A stretch of DNA of 64,000 nucleotides from Myxococcales bacterium. Lineage in GTDB: Bacteria > Myxococcota_A > Polyangia > Polyangiales > DASUME01. Under the pieces are notes generated by a model that saw nothing but the letters and a program-made list of their open reading frames with translations, was not told where the DNA came from and did not search any database. Where the stretch lies: the NCBI GenBank assembly GCA_047601445.1, contig JASGJH010000001.1, positions 3,616,001 through 3,680,000 of the forward strand, in the 5' to 3' direction. Position numbers and translations under genes: made by a program. Shown piece by piece: positions 49,201-58,081 of the stretch; the first letter of the stretch is position 1; the number at the start of each line of letters is the position of its first letter.

Positions 49201-49429
49201 GGACCAGGGCAAGCCGCGTGCCGAGGCGGGAGCTATCCAGCGTTCGCTTCCACGGGCTCGACGCAGCGGAAATCCAGGGAAAACTACGGCCCGAAACAAA
49301 TGCGCGGCCAGGCCCTCCCCGCGGAGAAGCGGGACACGGGGGCAGAATGTCCCAGTCCGCACAGGCGAGCCACAGAACTGGAGCGCTCGGAACAGGACAC
49401 GGCTGCACGAAACGGATAGCCTTGAACTC

Positions 49430-50005
49430 ATGCAGCGCCCGCTCGACCCCGCCACGCTCCGCATCGACGTGCCCCACTGGATCGACGAGTTGGTCGCCGC
49501 GCAGCGCGGGTCGCTCACGACGCCCGAGGCACGCATGGACCTGGCCATCGCTCTCTCCCGCGGCAGCGTGGAGCATGGTGGTAGTCCCTTCGGGGCCGTG
49601 GTGTGCGCGGGTGACCAGGTCATCGCTGGCGGTGCCAACCTGGTGTTGAGCAGTGGCTTCTCGCTTGCGCACGCGGAGATCGTCACATTGTTGCGGGCGC
49701 AGCAGGTGCTCGCCACGGGCGTCGACTTTCCTCGCCCCTATACGCTCTACACCAGCGCCGAGCCGTGCTGTCAGTGCTTCGGCGCCTTCGTGTGGTCCGG
49801 CATCGATGAACTCGTGTGCGGCGCTACCACCGCGGACGTCGAGCGCATCGGCTTCGACGAAGGGCCCAAGCCCTCACAATGGGATCGCGTGCTCGAGGCC
49901 AAGGGCTTCAAGGTCGTGCAAGAGATGCAGCGCGCGCAGGCGGTGACGGTGCTCGAGCTGTACCGCGCCCGCGGCGGCGCCCTCTACGGTCCCTGCGAGC
50001 GCTGA
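49430..50005 (+). CDS. Zn-dependent nucleoside/nucleobase deaminase
   Basis: PFGAVV, HAE, LYTSAEPCCQC, GFDEGPK. Confidence 0.9.
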   Translation: MQRPLDPATLRIDVPHWIDELVAAQRGSLTTPEARMDLAIALSRGSVEHGGSPFGAVVCAGDQVIAGGANLVLSSGFSLAHAEIVTLLRAQQVLATGVDFPRPYTLYTSAEPCCQCFGAFVWSGIDELVCGATTADVERIGFDEGPKPSQWDRVLEAKGFKVVQEMQRAQAVTVLELYRARGGALYGPCER

Positions 50006-50015
50006 GCTCGATGCG

Positions 50016-50780
50016 CTAGCCCCAGCGCCTCCGATCCATCCCGAGGTGCTTGGGCCGCCAGTGATGGGCCTGATGTTCGGCCAGGTAATCGGGACGTGCG
50101 AACAACTTCACGAAGACGAGCCCCGCGATGAAGCCGCCGATGTGGGCCCAGAAGGCCACGCCGCTCTCCGCGCCGCCGAGGCCGCCGAAGATCTGCAAGA
50201 GCATCCAGTAACCGAGCATCACCCAGGCCGGCAACGCGAACGACGTGATGAAGAAGCCGAGCGGCACCAGCGTGTACACGCGCACGTGGGGGAAGAGAAT
50301 GATGTACGCCCCCATCACGCCGCTGATGGCGCCCGACGCGCCCACCATCGGCACGGTAGACGCCGGCTGGGCCAGCACCTGCGCCAACGCGGCCGCCAAG
50401 CCACACAGCAAGTAGAACATCACGAAGCGCAGGCGCCCCATGGAGTCCTCCACGTTGTTCCCGAACAGCCAGAGGAACCACATGTTGCCGAGGATGTGCA
50501 TCCAGCTGCCGTGCAGGAACATCGAGTAGAGGATGTGTTCGGGCGCCCGTCCCGGATCGACCAGGCACATCAGGCCAGGACCGATGGGATTGCCGGTACC
50601 CGGCTCGGCCAGCAGCGTGAGCTCGCCGGGGATCAAGCCGAGGTTGCATACCGAAGCGGGGAGCGCATCCCCGGCGCCGCCCCCCTGTACCAGGAACCAG
50701 ACCAGCGCGTTGAGGGCGATGAGGGCCAGGGTCACGATGGGCGTGCGGATGGTCTCGTTCTCGTCGCGGTAGGGGATCAC
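50016..50780 (-). CDS. Rhomboid intramembrane serine protease
   Basis: SMFLHGSWMHILGNM, GASGAISG, AHIGG. Confidence 0.95.
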   Translation of the reverse strand: MIPYRDENETIRTPIVTLALIALNALVWFLVQGGGAGDALPASVCNLGLIPGELTLLAEPGTGNPIGPGLMCLVDPGRAPEHILYSMFLHGSWMHILGNMWFLWLFGNNVEDSMGRLRFVMFYLLCGLAAALAQVLAQPASTVPMVGASGAISGVMGAYIILFPHVRVYTLVPLGFFITSFALPAWVMLGYWMLLQIFGGLGGAESGVAFWAHIGGFIAGLVFVKLFARPDYLAEHQAHHWRPKHLGMDRRRWG

Positions 50781-50971
50781 GCGCTCACCTTAGTGGATCG
50801 GGGCCCGGTAGCCAGGCCTGTTCAACGCGCCAAACGCTGAGCTTTCATTCATTATTCCAATCGGTTACAAGGTGGCTTCGACTTTTTTTGCGAGCCTTGT
50901 CGATCGCGACTGGGCTCGGACGTCGTGTCGCTGAAGACACGGACTCAAGCCCAAGGAAACGGAGCACGACG

Positions 50972-51691
50972 ATGAAGTTCATGGTGATGCACAAGACGAC
51001 CCCCGACATCGAAGCCGGCATCATGCCCCCCGAGAGCCTGATCAAGGAAGTCGGGCAGCTGGTGGGGAAGGCGCGCGAAGAAGGCAGGCTCGTGGATGGC
51101 GCCGGGCTGCGTCCGAGCTCCACCCGCGTGCGCGTGACCTTCAAGGATGGCAAGCGCACCGTGAAGCACGGCCCCTACAAGGGCGACAACGAGTTGATCG
51201 CTGGCTTCAGCATGCTCAAGGTGAACTCGATGGACGAGGCCATCGAGGTGGCGGAGCACTTTGCCAAGATCGTCGGCGACGTGGAGATCGAGATTGGTCC
51301 GGTCACCGAGCCCTGGGATCTCGGCATGATGCCCAAGCCGGCCGACGCGCCCCTGCGCGTGCTCGCCATGCACAAGGCGGACAAGAAGTCCGAAGCGGGC
51401 GTGCCCCCGAGCCCGCAGCTGATGGAGAACATGGGCAAGCTGATCGAGCAGATGGTGAAGTCGGGCGTGTTCCTCGGCGGCCAGGGCCTGGCTCCCAGCG
51501 CGAAGAGCACGCGCATCCTCTCGAAGGAAGGCAAGCACACCGTGATCGACGGCCCCTTCGCGGAGTCCAAGGAGCTGGTCTCGGGTTACATGATCATGGA
51601 GTTCGACACCAAGGCCGAAGCCGTCGCGTTCGGCGAGCGCTACATCGACGTGGTGCACGCCACCGAAGTCGACGTGCGCGAAGTCATGTGA
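50972..51691 (+). CDS. Tandem YciI/DGPF-domain protein
   Basis: Two repeats (GLRPSS..HGPY..ELIAGF and GLAPSA..DGPFAESKELVSGY). Confidence 0.85.
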   Translation: MKFMVMHKTTPDIEAGIMPPESLIKEVGQLVGKAREEGRLVDGAGLRPSSTRVRVTFKDGKRTVKHGPYKGDNELIAGFSMLKVNSMDEAIEVAEHFAKIVGDVEIEIGPVTEPWDLGMMPKPADAPLRVLAMHKADKKSEAGVPPSPQLMENMGKLIEQMVKSGVFLGGQGLAPSAKSTRILSKEGKHTVIDGPFAESKELVSGYMIMEFDTKAEAVAFGERYIDVVHATEVDVREVM

Positions 51692-51700
51692 CGTGACCGC

Positions 51701-53437
51701 TCAGGAGCTCTGTGAGCTGCGCGCGGCCTTGCCGTCCTTGCCGTCGCTGCGCGGCTCCGCCTCTCCCTTGGCCTGGTTGATCAGCAAGGAGCGCGTGGGC
51801 ATGGCCAGCGATGTGCCAGCCTTCTCGACCACCTCCATGAACGACAGCAGGAGCTGCTCGCGCACCACGGCGAATTCGTTGCCGTCCACGGTGTTGACGT
51901 AGGCGGACACCTCGAGGTCGATGGAGGACGCCCCGAACTGCAGCACGCGCGTGGTGAGCCCGTCAGTCCGCAGCTTGGGCTCCGCTCGCAACACCTGCTC
52001 CACGCCCTGGCGCACCTCTCGCACCTGCGACGCCGAGGTGCCATAGGCGAGGCTCAAGGTGCAAGCGAAGCGCAAGCGGTCCCGCGCGGTCAGCGACTCG
52101 AGCTTCATATCGGAGAGCTTGCCGTTGGGGATGGTGATCAGCGTGCGGTCGGCGGTGCGGAACCTGGTCGAGCGCAGGCCAATGGACTCCACGGTGGCTG
52201 TGAAGTTGTCGATGGTGACCGTGTCGCCCTCGCGGAAGGGCTGGTCGGCTCCAATGGCGAAGGCTCCGAACAGGTTTTCGAGGGTCTTCTGCGCGGCCAA
52301 GGCCACCGCCAAGCCGCCGACACCGAGGCCCGCGATCAAGCTAGCCACCGGATAGCCGAGCTGCGAGAGGAGCGCCACGGCGGCCACCGCGAACAGTGCC
52401 ACGTGTCCCACGCGCGCGAGCAGCGGCACCAAGGAGCGCGAGAGACCGTTGCGCTGGGCCCAGGGAGAGATCGACAGCAGCTCGGAACCCACTCCGATGC
52501 TGCGCGAGAGCAGCCAGAAGAAGCCCGCGAAGAACAGGCCGCGCATCAGGCCGTGCACGAACTGGTGAGCCGGAGCGTAGAGGGAGAGCCAGGGCAGCAA
52601 CAACCAGCACACGAACAGAGAACACCACAGGGTCAGCGGCCCGCGTGTGCGTCGCACGAGCTCGTCGTCCCAGTGCGTGGCCGTACGCGAAGTGAACACG
52701 TTGAGCGTGCGCCCGATGAGCCGACTCACCAGGTAGCCGAGCCCCCAGCCCACCAACACCAACAGCGGCATCGCGAACCACTGCCACAGCAGGAGCTCCT
52801 TGGGGCCCGAGCGCAACAGCCAGGCGGGCAGATGCTCACGCAGCCAGCGGTCGTCGAGCTCGAGGTACCAGTCGTCGATGTGGTTCACGGTAGCCAGCGT
52901 GAACAGCCAACGCGTGCCCTGCTCGGTCTCGCGCTTGACCAGGCGCACCGGCGCCGGCACCTGATCCTTGCCCTTGAGGTCCGCCACCTGCTCGAGCGAG
53001 CGCGGCAAATCGTCATCGAGGTTGCCCGTGGAGAGCGGCGAGAGCTTGTCCACGTCGAGCCAGGCGCGGCGATCGAGCACGGCCTTGAGGCGCTCGGCGA
53101 GCTGCGCTCCCTGTTCGGCCTGGCCCTTGGGGATCTCGAGGAAACCGGCGGCCTTCTCGAAGTCGTGTTTGCGGCACAGCTTCACGAACTCTGCCATCGA
53201 CGCGCGCGGAGAATCCGGGGCGACCTCCACATCGGTCACGTCCTTGTCGGCACCCCCATCGGCATGTTCGTCGGAGTGCTTGTCGGCGTCCTTGTCCGAC
53301 TCGTCGTTCTTTTCCTCCTGCGGTGCTTCCTGCGCCCTCGCGCGCGGGATCAGGCGCGACTGAGCGTGGACAGCAGGTGCGCCCAGGATGGACGCCACCA
53401 GCAAGAGAGCGAAGAGAGCGAACGAACGCTTCGACAT
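51701..53437 (-). CDS. MscS-family mechanosensitive channel with periplasmic N-terminal domain
   Basis: DSPRASM, AGLGVGGLAVALAAQKTLENLF, VESIGLRSTRFRT, IPNG, FGASSIDLE. Confidence 0.92.
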   Translation of the reverse strand: MSKRSFALFALLLVASILGAPAVHAQSRLIPRARAQEAPQEEKNDESDKDADKHSDEHADGGADKDVTDVEVAPDSPRASMAEFVKLCRKHDFEKAAGFLEIPKGQAEQGAQLAERLKAVLDRRAWLDVDKLSPLSTGNLDDDLPRSLEQVADLKGKDQVPAPVRLVKRETEQGTRWLFTLATVNHIDDWYLELDDRWLREHLPAWLLRSGPKELLLWQWFAMPLLVLVGWGLGYLVSRLIGRTLNVFTSRTATHWDDELVRRTRGPLTLWCSLFVCWLLLPWLSLYAPAHQFVHGLMRGLFFAGFFWLLSRSIGVGSELLSISPWAQRNGLSRSLVPLLARVGHVALFAVAAVALLSQLGYPVASLIAGLGVGGLAVALAAQKTLENLFGAFAIGADQPFREGDTVTIDNFTATVESIGLRSTRFRTADRTLITIPNGKLSDMKLESLTARDRLRFACTLSLAYGTSASQVREVRQGVEQVLRAEPKLRTDGLTTRVLQFGASSIDLEVSAYVNTVDGNEFAVVREQLLLSFMEVVEKAGTSLAMPTRSLLINQAKGEAEPRSDGKDGKAARSSQSS

Positions 53438-53635
53438 GGCACCGTTGTGACCCAAGGCAAGGATCTGGCAAGTCCGTAGCTTCCGTGGGTGGGGTGCAGA
53501 AAAGGTGTTCCAGAGCGTTCGCTCGCCGTGGGGCATTTCGACGCAACGGGACATTCTTGCGGCGCATGATTCGAAGCGCGTTCCGCGCGCGCGGCTCGGG
53601 TCAGACTGAGAGATGCAGGTGCTCGAGGAATCGCC

Positions 53636-54376
53636 GTGGGCAAGGCGCGCAACATAGTCGTCGCCGTGACGTTCGTGACCACTTCGGGGTTGGTCGCGAC
53701 GTTCGCCTCGGGGGCGCTCGAGCGTGAGCCGGACTCACGGCCCGACATGATCTGGATTCCCGCCGTTCAGGCGCACGCGGCGCGGGGCTTCTGGATCGAC
53801 ACCACCGAGGTCACGAACGAACAGTTCTCGGCTTTCGTGCGCGCCACCGGCTATGTGACCTTGGCCGAACGTCCCCCACGCGCCGAGGACGCGCCGGATG
53901 TCCCGCTGCGTCTGCGCGAAGCCGGCTCCATCGTGTTCACGCCGCCCCAGAAGCCCACCTCGCGCGCCGACGTGAGCGAAGAATGGTGGCGCTTCGTTCC
54001 CGGCGCGGATTGGCAGCATCCGCGGGGGCCGGACAGCGATCTCGCCGGACACATGCAGGAGCCCGTGGTGCATATCGCCCGCACGGACGCCCTCGCCTAC
54101 GCTGCCTGGGCACGCAAGCGCTTGCCCACGGTGGCCGAGTGGCGGCTCGCGGCGGCCCAGCCCGACACGGAGGCAGCCGAGCGTGGCGCGGCTCGAGCTC
54201 TCCTCGAACGCGTGCTGCCCGTGGCCTCGTCGCCTGCCAATCGCTTCGGCCTCTTCGACATGGAAGGAAACGTCTGGGAGTGGGTCTCGGATGATCTGCG
54301 TCTCGATCACTACGCCGGCCGACACAGCACCAGTGATCGCGTCGGCTTTCGCTGCGTGCGAGACGTCTCCCCCTGA
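53636..54376 (+). CDS. Shortened FGE/SUMF1-domain protein (catalytic Cys region absent)
   Basis: FWIDTTEVTNEQF, GADWQHPRGP, PVVHI..DA.AYA.W..KRLPTVAEW, NRFGLFDMEGNVWEW, VGFRCV; no RGGS..C segment. Confidence 0.8.
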   Translation: MGKARNIVVAVTFVTTSGLVATFASGALEREPDSRPDMIWIPAVQAHAARGFWIDTTEVTNEQFSAFVRATGYVTLAERPPRAEDAPDVPLRLREAGSIVFTPPQKPTSRADVSEEWWRFVPGADWQHPRGPDSDLAGHMQEPVVHIARTDALAYAAWARKRLPTVAEWRLAAAQPDTEAAERGAARALLERVLPVASSPANRFGLFDMEGNVWEWVSDDLRLDHYAGRHSTSDRVGFRCVRDVSP

Positions 54377-54569
54377 CGCGTCTCTTCGCCGCGCAGGCGC
54401 GCTCGTCTGGGGCATTCGTGCGCTGCGATCGACGCCCAGCCGCGTGTGGATACGCAGGCAGTCCGGAAAATCACGCTCGCAAAGGACGGCACGGGCCGTG
54501 CTCCACATAGGGGAGTGACACGGCGAGCGTAGAGACTCGCCCATCCGACCAACACAACGGGGTGCGACA

Positions 54570-54785
54570 ATGAATTGGACGCAAATCGAGGGGAAGTGGG
54601 ATCAGGTCAAGGGCCAGCTTCGTTCTCAGTGGGGCAAGCTCACCGACGACGACGTCGCGAATCTGCGCGGCAAGAAGGATCAACTCGTGGGCAAGATCCA
54701 GGAGCGCTACGGCGTAGCGAAGGACGAAGCCGAGCAACAGATCGATACCTGGCTCAAGAAGTTCAACGCGCGCGATCCGAGCTGA
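54570..54785 (+). CDS. csbD: CsbD/YjbJ-family stress protein
   Basis: MNWTQIEGKWDQVKG..WGKLTDDD..GKIQERYG. Confidence 0.93.
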   Translation: MNWTQIEGKWDQVKGQLRSQWGKLTDDDVANLRGKKDQLVGKIQERYGVAKDEAEQQIDTWLKKFNARDPS

Positions 54786-54823
54786 CGCGTGTGCACGCGC
54801 GGCGAAGGTCACGCGTGCAGTGA

Positions 54824-54891
54824 CCACGACCTCGTCACGGCGGCAGGCGGCGTTCCCCCCTTTGCGCCTGTCGCCGCTGACGTGGTCGTGG
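54824..54891. terminator. Long stem-loop between convergent csbD and glutaredoxin genes
   Basis: CCACGACCTCGTCACGGCGGCAGGCG..CGCCTGTCGCCGCTGACGTGGTCGTGG inverted repeat. Confidence 0.6.
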
Positions 54892-54892
54892 A

Positions 54893-55171
54893 CTAGCTGT
54901 CTTCGCCGCCCGGGCTGGTCTGGCCGAGAATGCCGTCGAGCCTGCCGGCCCGGTCCAGCGCCAAGAGGTCCGTGAAGCCTCCATAGGACACGTCATTCAC
55001 GAAGACCTGCGGGACGGTCGTCATCCCCGTGACCTCGACCAGCCAGCGACGCTTGGCGGTGTCCCGGGCCACATCGATCTCCTCGTAGGGCACCCCCTTG
55101 CGCTCGAGGAGCTGCTTAACGCGCCAGCAGTAACCGCAGAAGGGGGTCGTGTAGATGAGTACTTTCGCCAT
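54893..55171 (-). CDS. grxC: Glutaredoxin 3-like
   Basis: YTTPFCGYC, TVPQVF, GGFTDL. Confidence 0.9.
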   Translation of the reverse strand: MAKVLIYTTPFCGYCWRVKQLLERKGVPYEEIDVARDTAKRRWLVEVTGMTTVPQVFVNDVSYGGFTDLLALDRAGRLDGILGQTSPGGEDS

Positions 55172-55230
55172 CTTGGAGACGATGTAAGCCCAGGTACGTA
55201 TGGGCCCCGGAGCGCGGGCTGTAATTATCC

Positions 55231-55315
55231 TTGACGCCTACGGAAAGAGGTCTTAGTACAAGTGTACGCACAGTCGTTTGGACACTTGTTTGGACGGTCG
55301 TACGAACAACTGTAC
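55231..55315 (+). promoter_or_regulatory. sigma70-like promoter overlapped by five 12-bp repeats resembling FabR/DesT operators
   Basis: TTGACG-17bp-TAGTAC; GTACAAGTGTAC|GCACAGTCGTTT|GGACACTTGTTT|GGACGGTCGTAC|GAACAACTGTAC (55256-55315). Confidence 0.6.
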
Positions 55316-55357
55316 AGGCGCTTACGTGTTGCTTGCCCGTGTTCCTGGGAGATGCCG

Positions 55358-56515
55358 ATGACCACCGCTCCTCTTTCCAAGCCAGGTTACTCCCAAACCA
55401 GCCCCTCGGCCCGCTTCAGCACACGCTCCCCGCTGGGCCCGCTGCGCTCCGTGCTTCGGAGCAAGCTGGTGAGCGCACTCGCCTACCCGCACTCGGTGGA
55501 TCACTACCTCGAGCTGGTCTCGCCGCTGTGGTCGGTGGACCGCATCCGTGCCGAGGTCGTGGAGGTCATCCGCGAGACCGCCGACGTGGTCACGCTGGTG
55601 CTGCGTCCCAACGAAAACTTCGGCTCCTACAAGGCCGGCCAGTACGTCGCCATCACCGTCGAGGTCGAGGGCGTGCGCCACACGCGCTGCTTCTCCCTGA
55701 GCAGCAGCCCGCTGCGTCCCGACGGCCTGATCACGCTGACCATCAAGGCCCGCGCTCAGGGCGGCCTGGTGTCGCCCTACCTGGTGAAGCACGCCAAGCC
55801 CGGCCTCTCGCTGGTGCTCTCCGCTGCGCAGGGCGATTTCGTGATCCCCGAGCAGCTCCCCGAGAAGTTCCTCTTCATCAGCGGCGGCAGCGGCATCACG
55901 CCCGGCATGGGCATGCTGCGCACCTTGCTGGGTGGCGGCTACCGCGGGCGCATCGTGTTCGTGCACTACGCGCGCACCCCGGCCGACGTGATCTTCGGCG
56001 CCGAGCTGCGCGCCCTGGCTGCCCAGCACGAGAACCTGACCCTGGTGGTGGAGACCGAGTCCGAGCGCGGCTCCTTGCCCGACCTCAACCACGAGAGCCT
56101 GTCGGCGCTCGTGGCCGATTACGCCAGCTGGGATGCCTGGGTTTGCGGCCCGACCCCACTGATGGACGCCGCCCGCCGCGTGTTCGCCGCCCAGGGCGCC
56201 GAGAGCCGCGTGCGCACCGAGCAGTTCGTCACGGCTAGCCAGCCGCTGAGCTTCGAGAACGAGGCGGGGCTCGTGCAGTTCGCCCGCTCGAAGAAGCGCC
56301 TCGAAGGTGACAAGCGCAACCTGCTCGAGCAGGCGGAGGCCTCGGGCCTGAGCCCCAAGAGCGGCTGCCGCATGGGTATCTGTCAGTCCTGCAAGTGCCG
56401 GAAGCTCGAGGGCGTCACGCGCGACCTGCGCACCGGCGAGCTCTCCACCGACAGCAACGTCGACATCCAGCTGTGCGTCAGCGTCCCCGTCGGCAACGTC
56501 TCCATCGACCTCTAA
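55358..56515 (+). CDS. FAD/NAD(P)H-2Fe2S oxidoreductase, desaturase partner
   Basis: AGQY, RCFSLSS, GGSGITP, VCGP, GCRMGICQSC..LC; start 55352 or 55358. Confidence 0.92.
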   Translation: MTTAPLSKPGYSQTSPSARFSTRSPLGPLRSVLRSKLVSALAYPHSVDHYLELVSPLWSVDRIRAEVVEVIRETADVVTLVLRPNENFGSYKAGQYVAITVEVEGVRHTRCFSLSSSPLRPDGLITLTIKARAQGGLVSPYLVKHAKPGLSLVLSAAQGDFVIPEQLPEKFLFISGGSGITPGMGMLRTLLGGGYRGRIVFVHYARTPADVIFGAELRALAAQHENLTLVVETESERGSLPDLNHESLSALVADYASWDAWVCGPTPLMDAARRVFAAQGAESRVRTEQFVTASQPLSFENEAGLVQFARSKKRLEGDKRNLLEQAEASGLSPKSGCRMGICQSCKCRKLEGVTRDLRTGELSTDSNVDIQLCVSVPVGNVSIDL

Positions 56516-56575
56516 CCCGCGCTGGTCGCGCGGCTGCACCTCACCTCAACTGAGTCGTCCCTTAGGAGAAACTCC

Positions 56576-57841
56576 ATGGAACTCGCGAAAATCACGCTTA
56601 CCCCCGAGCAGATCGAAGCCTTCGGTGCCGAACTCCAGGCCCTCGAGGAGCGCACCCGCGCCAAGCTCGGTGCCGAGGACGCGGCCCACATCCGCAAGAT
56701 CATGAAGCTCGCCCAGAACCTGGACACCGCGGGGCGCGCGCTCTTGCTGGCCAGCTTGTTCCCGCCGGCGTGGCTGGCGGGCACCACCATGCTGGGCGTG
56801 GCCAAGATCCTCGACAACATGGAGATCGGCCACAACGTGATGCACGGCCAGTACGACTTCATGAAGGACCCCGTCATCAACACCAACTACGAGTGGGATA
56901 CGGTGGCCCCGAGCGAGCAGTGGCGGCACGGCCACAACTACGTGCACCACACCTTCACCAACGTGCTCGGCCTCGACCACGACATCGGCTACCGCGTGGC
57001 GCGCCTCTCCGAGGAGCAGCCCTGGCACCCGAAGTGGCTGCTCGGCAACGTGGTCAACACGTTCTTCCTGGCCACCTTCTTCGAGTGGGGCGTGGGCGTG
57101 CACGACGTCAACGCTGCGGACGCCTACTTCGAGAGCGACATGTCCAAGCTCGAGGTGGACCTGATCCCGGCCCTGGTGAAGAAGATCTCGCGTCAGGTGC
57201 TCAAGGACTACGTGTTGTTCCCCGTGTTGGCAGGCCCGATGGCGGCGCCGGTGTTGGCGGGCAACGTGGTGGCCAACCTGATCCGCAACTACTGGACCTG
57301 GGCGGTGATCTACTGCGGTCACTTCCCCGACGGCACGGTGGTGTTCACCGAGGACCAGATCCGCAACGAGACGCGCGGCCAGTGGTACCTGCGCCAGATG
57401 ATGGGCTCCGCCAACATCGAGGGCAGCCACGCGTTGCACGTCATGACGGGGCACCTCAGCCACCAGATCGAGCACCACCTGTTCCCGACCATCCCGGCCT
57501 GGCGTTACCCGGAGATGGGCGTGGAGGTCAAGGCCATCGCGGAGAAGTACGGCGTGCCGTACACCACGGGCAGCTTCGGCAAGCAGCTGCGCAGCGTGTT
57601 CAAGCGCATCGCGCGCCTGTCGTTGCCGCTCAGCGTCGACGACGCGCTCAACTGGCGCAAGAACGCCGAGATCAACGCGCGCATGAAGACCGAAGGGCAC
57701 GAGGTGCTGAAGGGCAAGCGCAAGCCTGGCTATCACGCGCCCCGCGCCGTGAAGATGGAGAAGGGGGCCGCCAGCGCCAAGCGCATGGTGACCTCCGCGC
57801 TCAAGAAGTCCCAGGGCTGGTTGAGCCGCGTCGCAGCGTAG
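56576..57841 (+). CDS. Membrane acyl-CoA desaturase (DesA3/DesB-like)
   Basis: His boxes HNVMH, HGHNYVHH, HQIEHH; RBS AGGAG. Confidence 0.93.
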   Translation: MELAKITLTPEQIEAFGAELQALEERTRAKLGAEDAAHIRKIMKLAQNLDTAGRALLLASLFPPAWLAGTTMLGVAKILDNMEIGHNVMHGQYDFMKDPVINTNYEWDTVAPSEQWRHGHNYVHHTFTNVLGLDHDIGYRVARLSEEQPWHPKWLLGNVVNTFFLATFFEWGVGVHDVNAADAYFESDMSKLEVDLIPALVKKISRQVLKDYVLFPVLAGPMAAPVLAGNVVANLIRNYWTWAVIYCGHFPDGTVVFTEDQIRNETRGQWYLRQMMGSANIEGSHALHVMTGHLSHQIEHHLFPTIPAWRYPEMGVEVKAIAEKYGVPYTTGSFGKQLRSVFKRIARLSLPLSVDDALNWRKNAEINARMKTEGHEVLKGKRKPGYHAPRAVKMEKGAASAKRMVTSALKKSQGWLSRVAA

Positions 57842-57947
57842 TGCTCGCGGCGTAAGGCCGCGCGCTGGGCGCAGAATGCGAGAGGCCAACCGCGCGAGGC
57901 GGCGCGAAAGGCCGAGCGCATGACTTCCGCCCGACGCGCACACAAGG

Positions 57948-57985
57948 GGGCCGAGTTCCCAAGGGGAGCTCGGCCCTCTGCGTTT
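57948..57985 (+). terminator. Terminator-like hairpin after the desaturase operon
   Basis: GGGCCGAGTTCCC-AAG-GGGAGCTCGGCCC followed by TCTGCGTTT. Confidence 0.55.
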
Positions 57986-58081
57986 AAGCACCCCAGGGCT
58001 GCACGCGAGAGCACAGCCCCGCACGCCGCCCGAACCAATGTTTCGTGGCTCCCATGCGCGCGCCCCCCTCGCCGCACCACA

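Noticed and set aside
55256..55315. Possible mini-CRISPR
   Set aside because: 12-bp degenerate tandem units with no spacers and no cas genes; better explained as operators.
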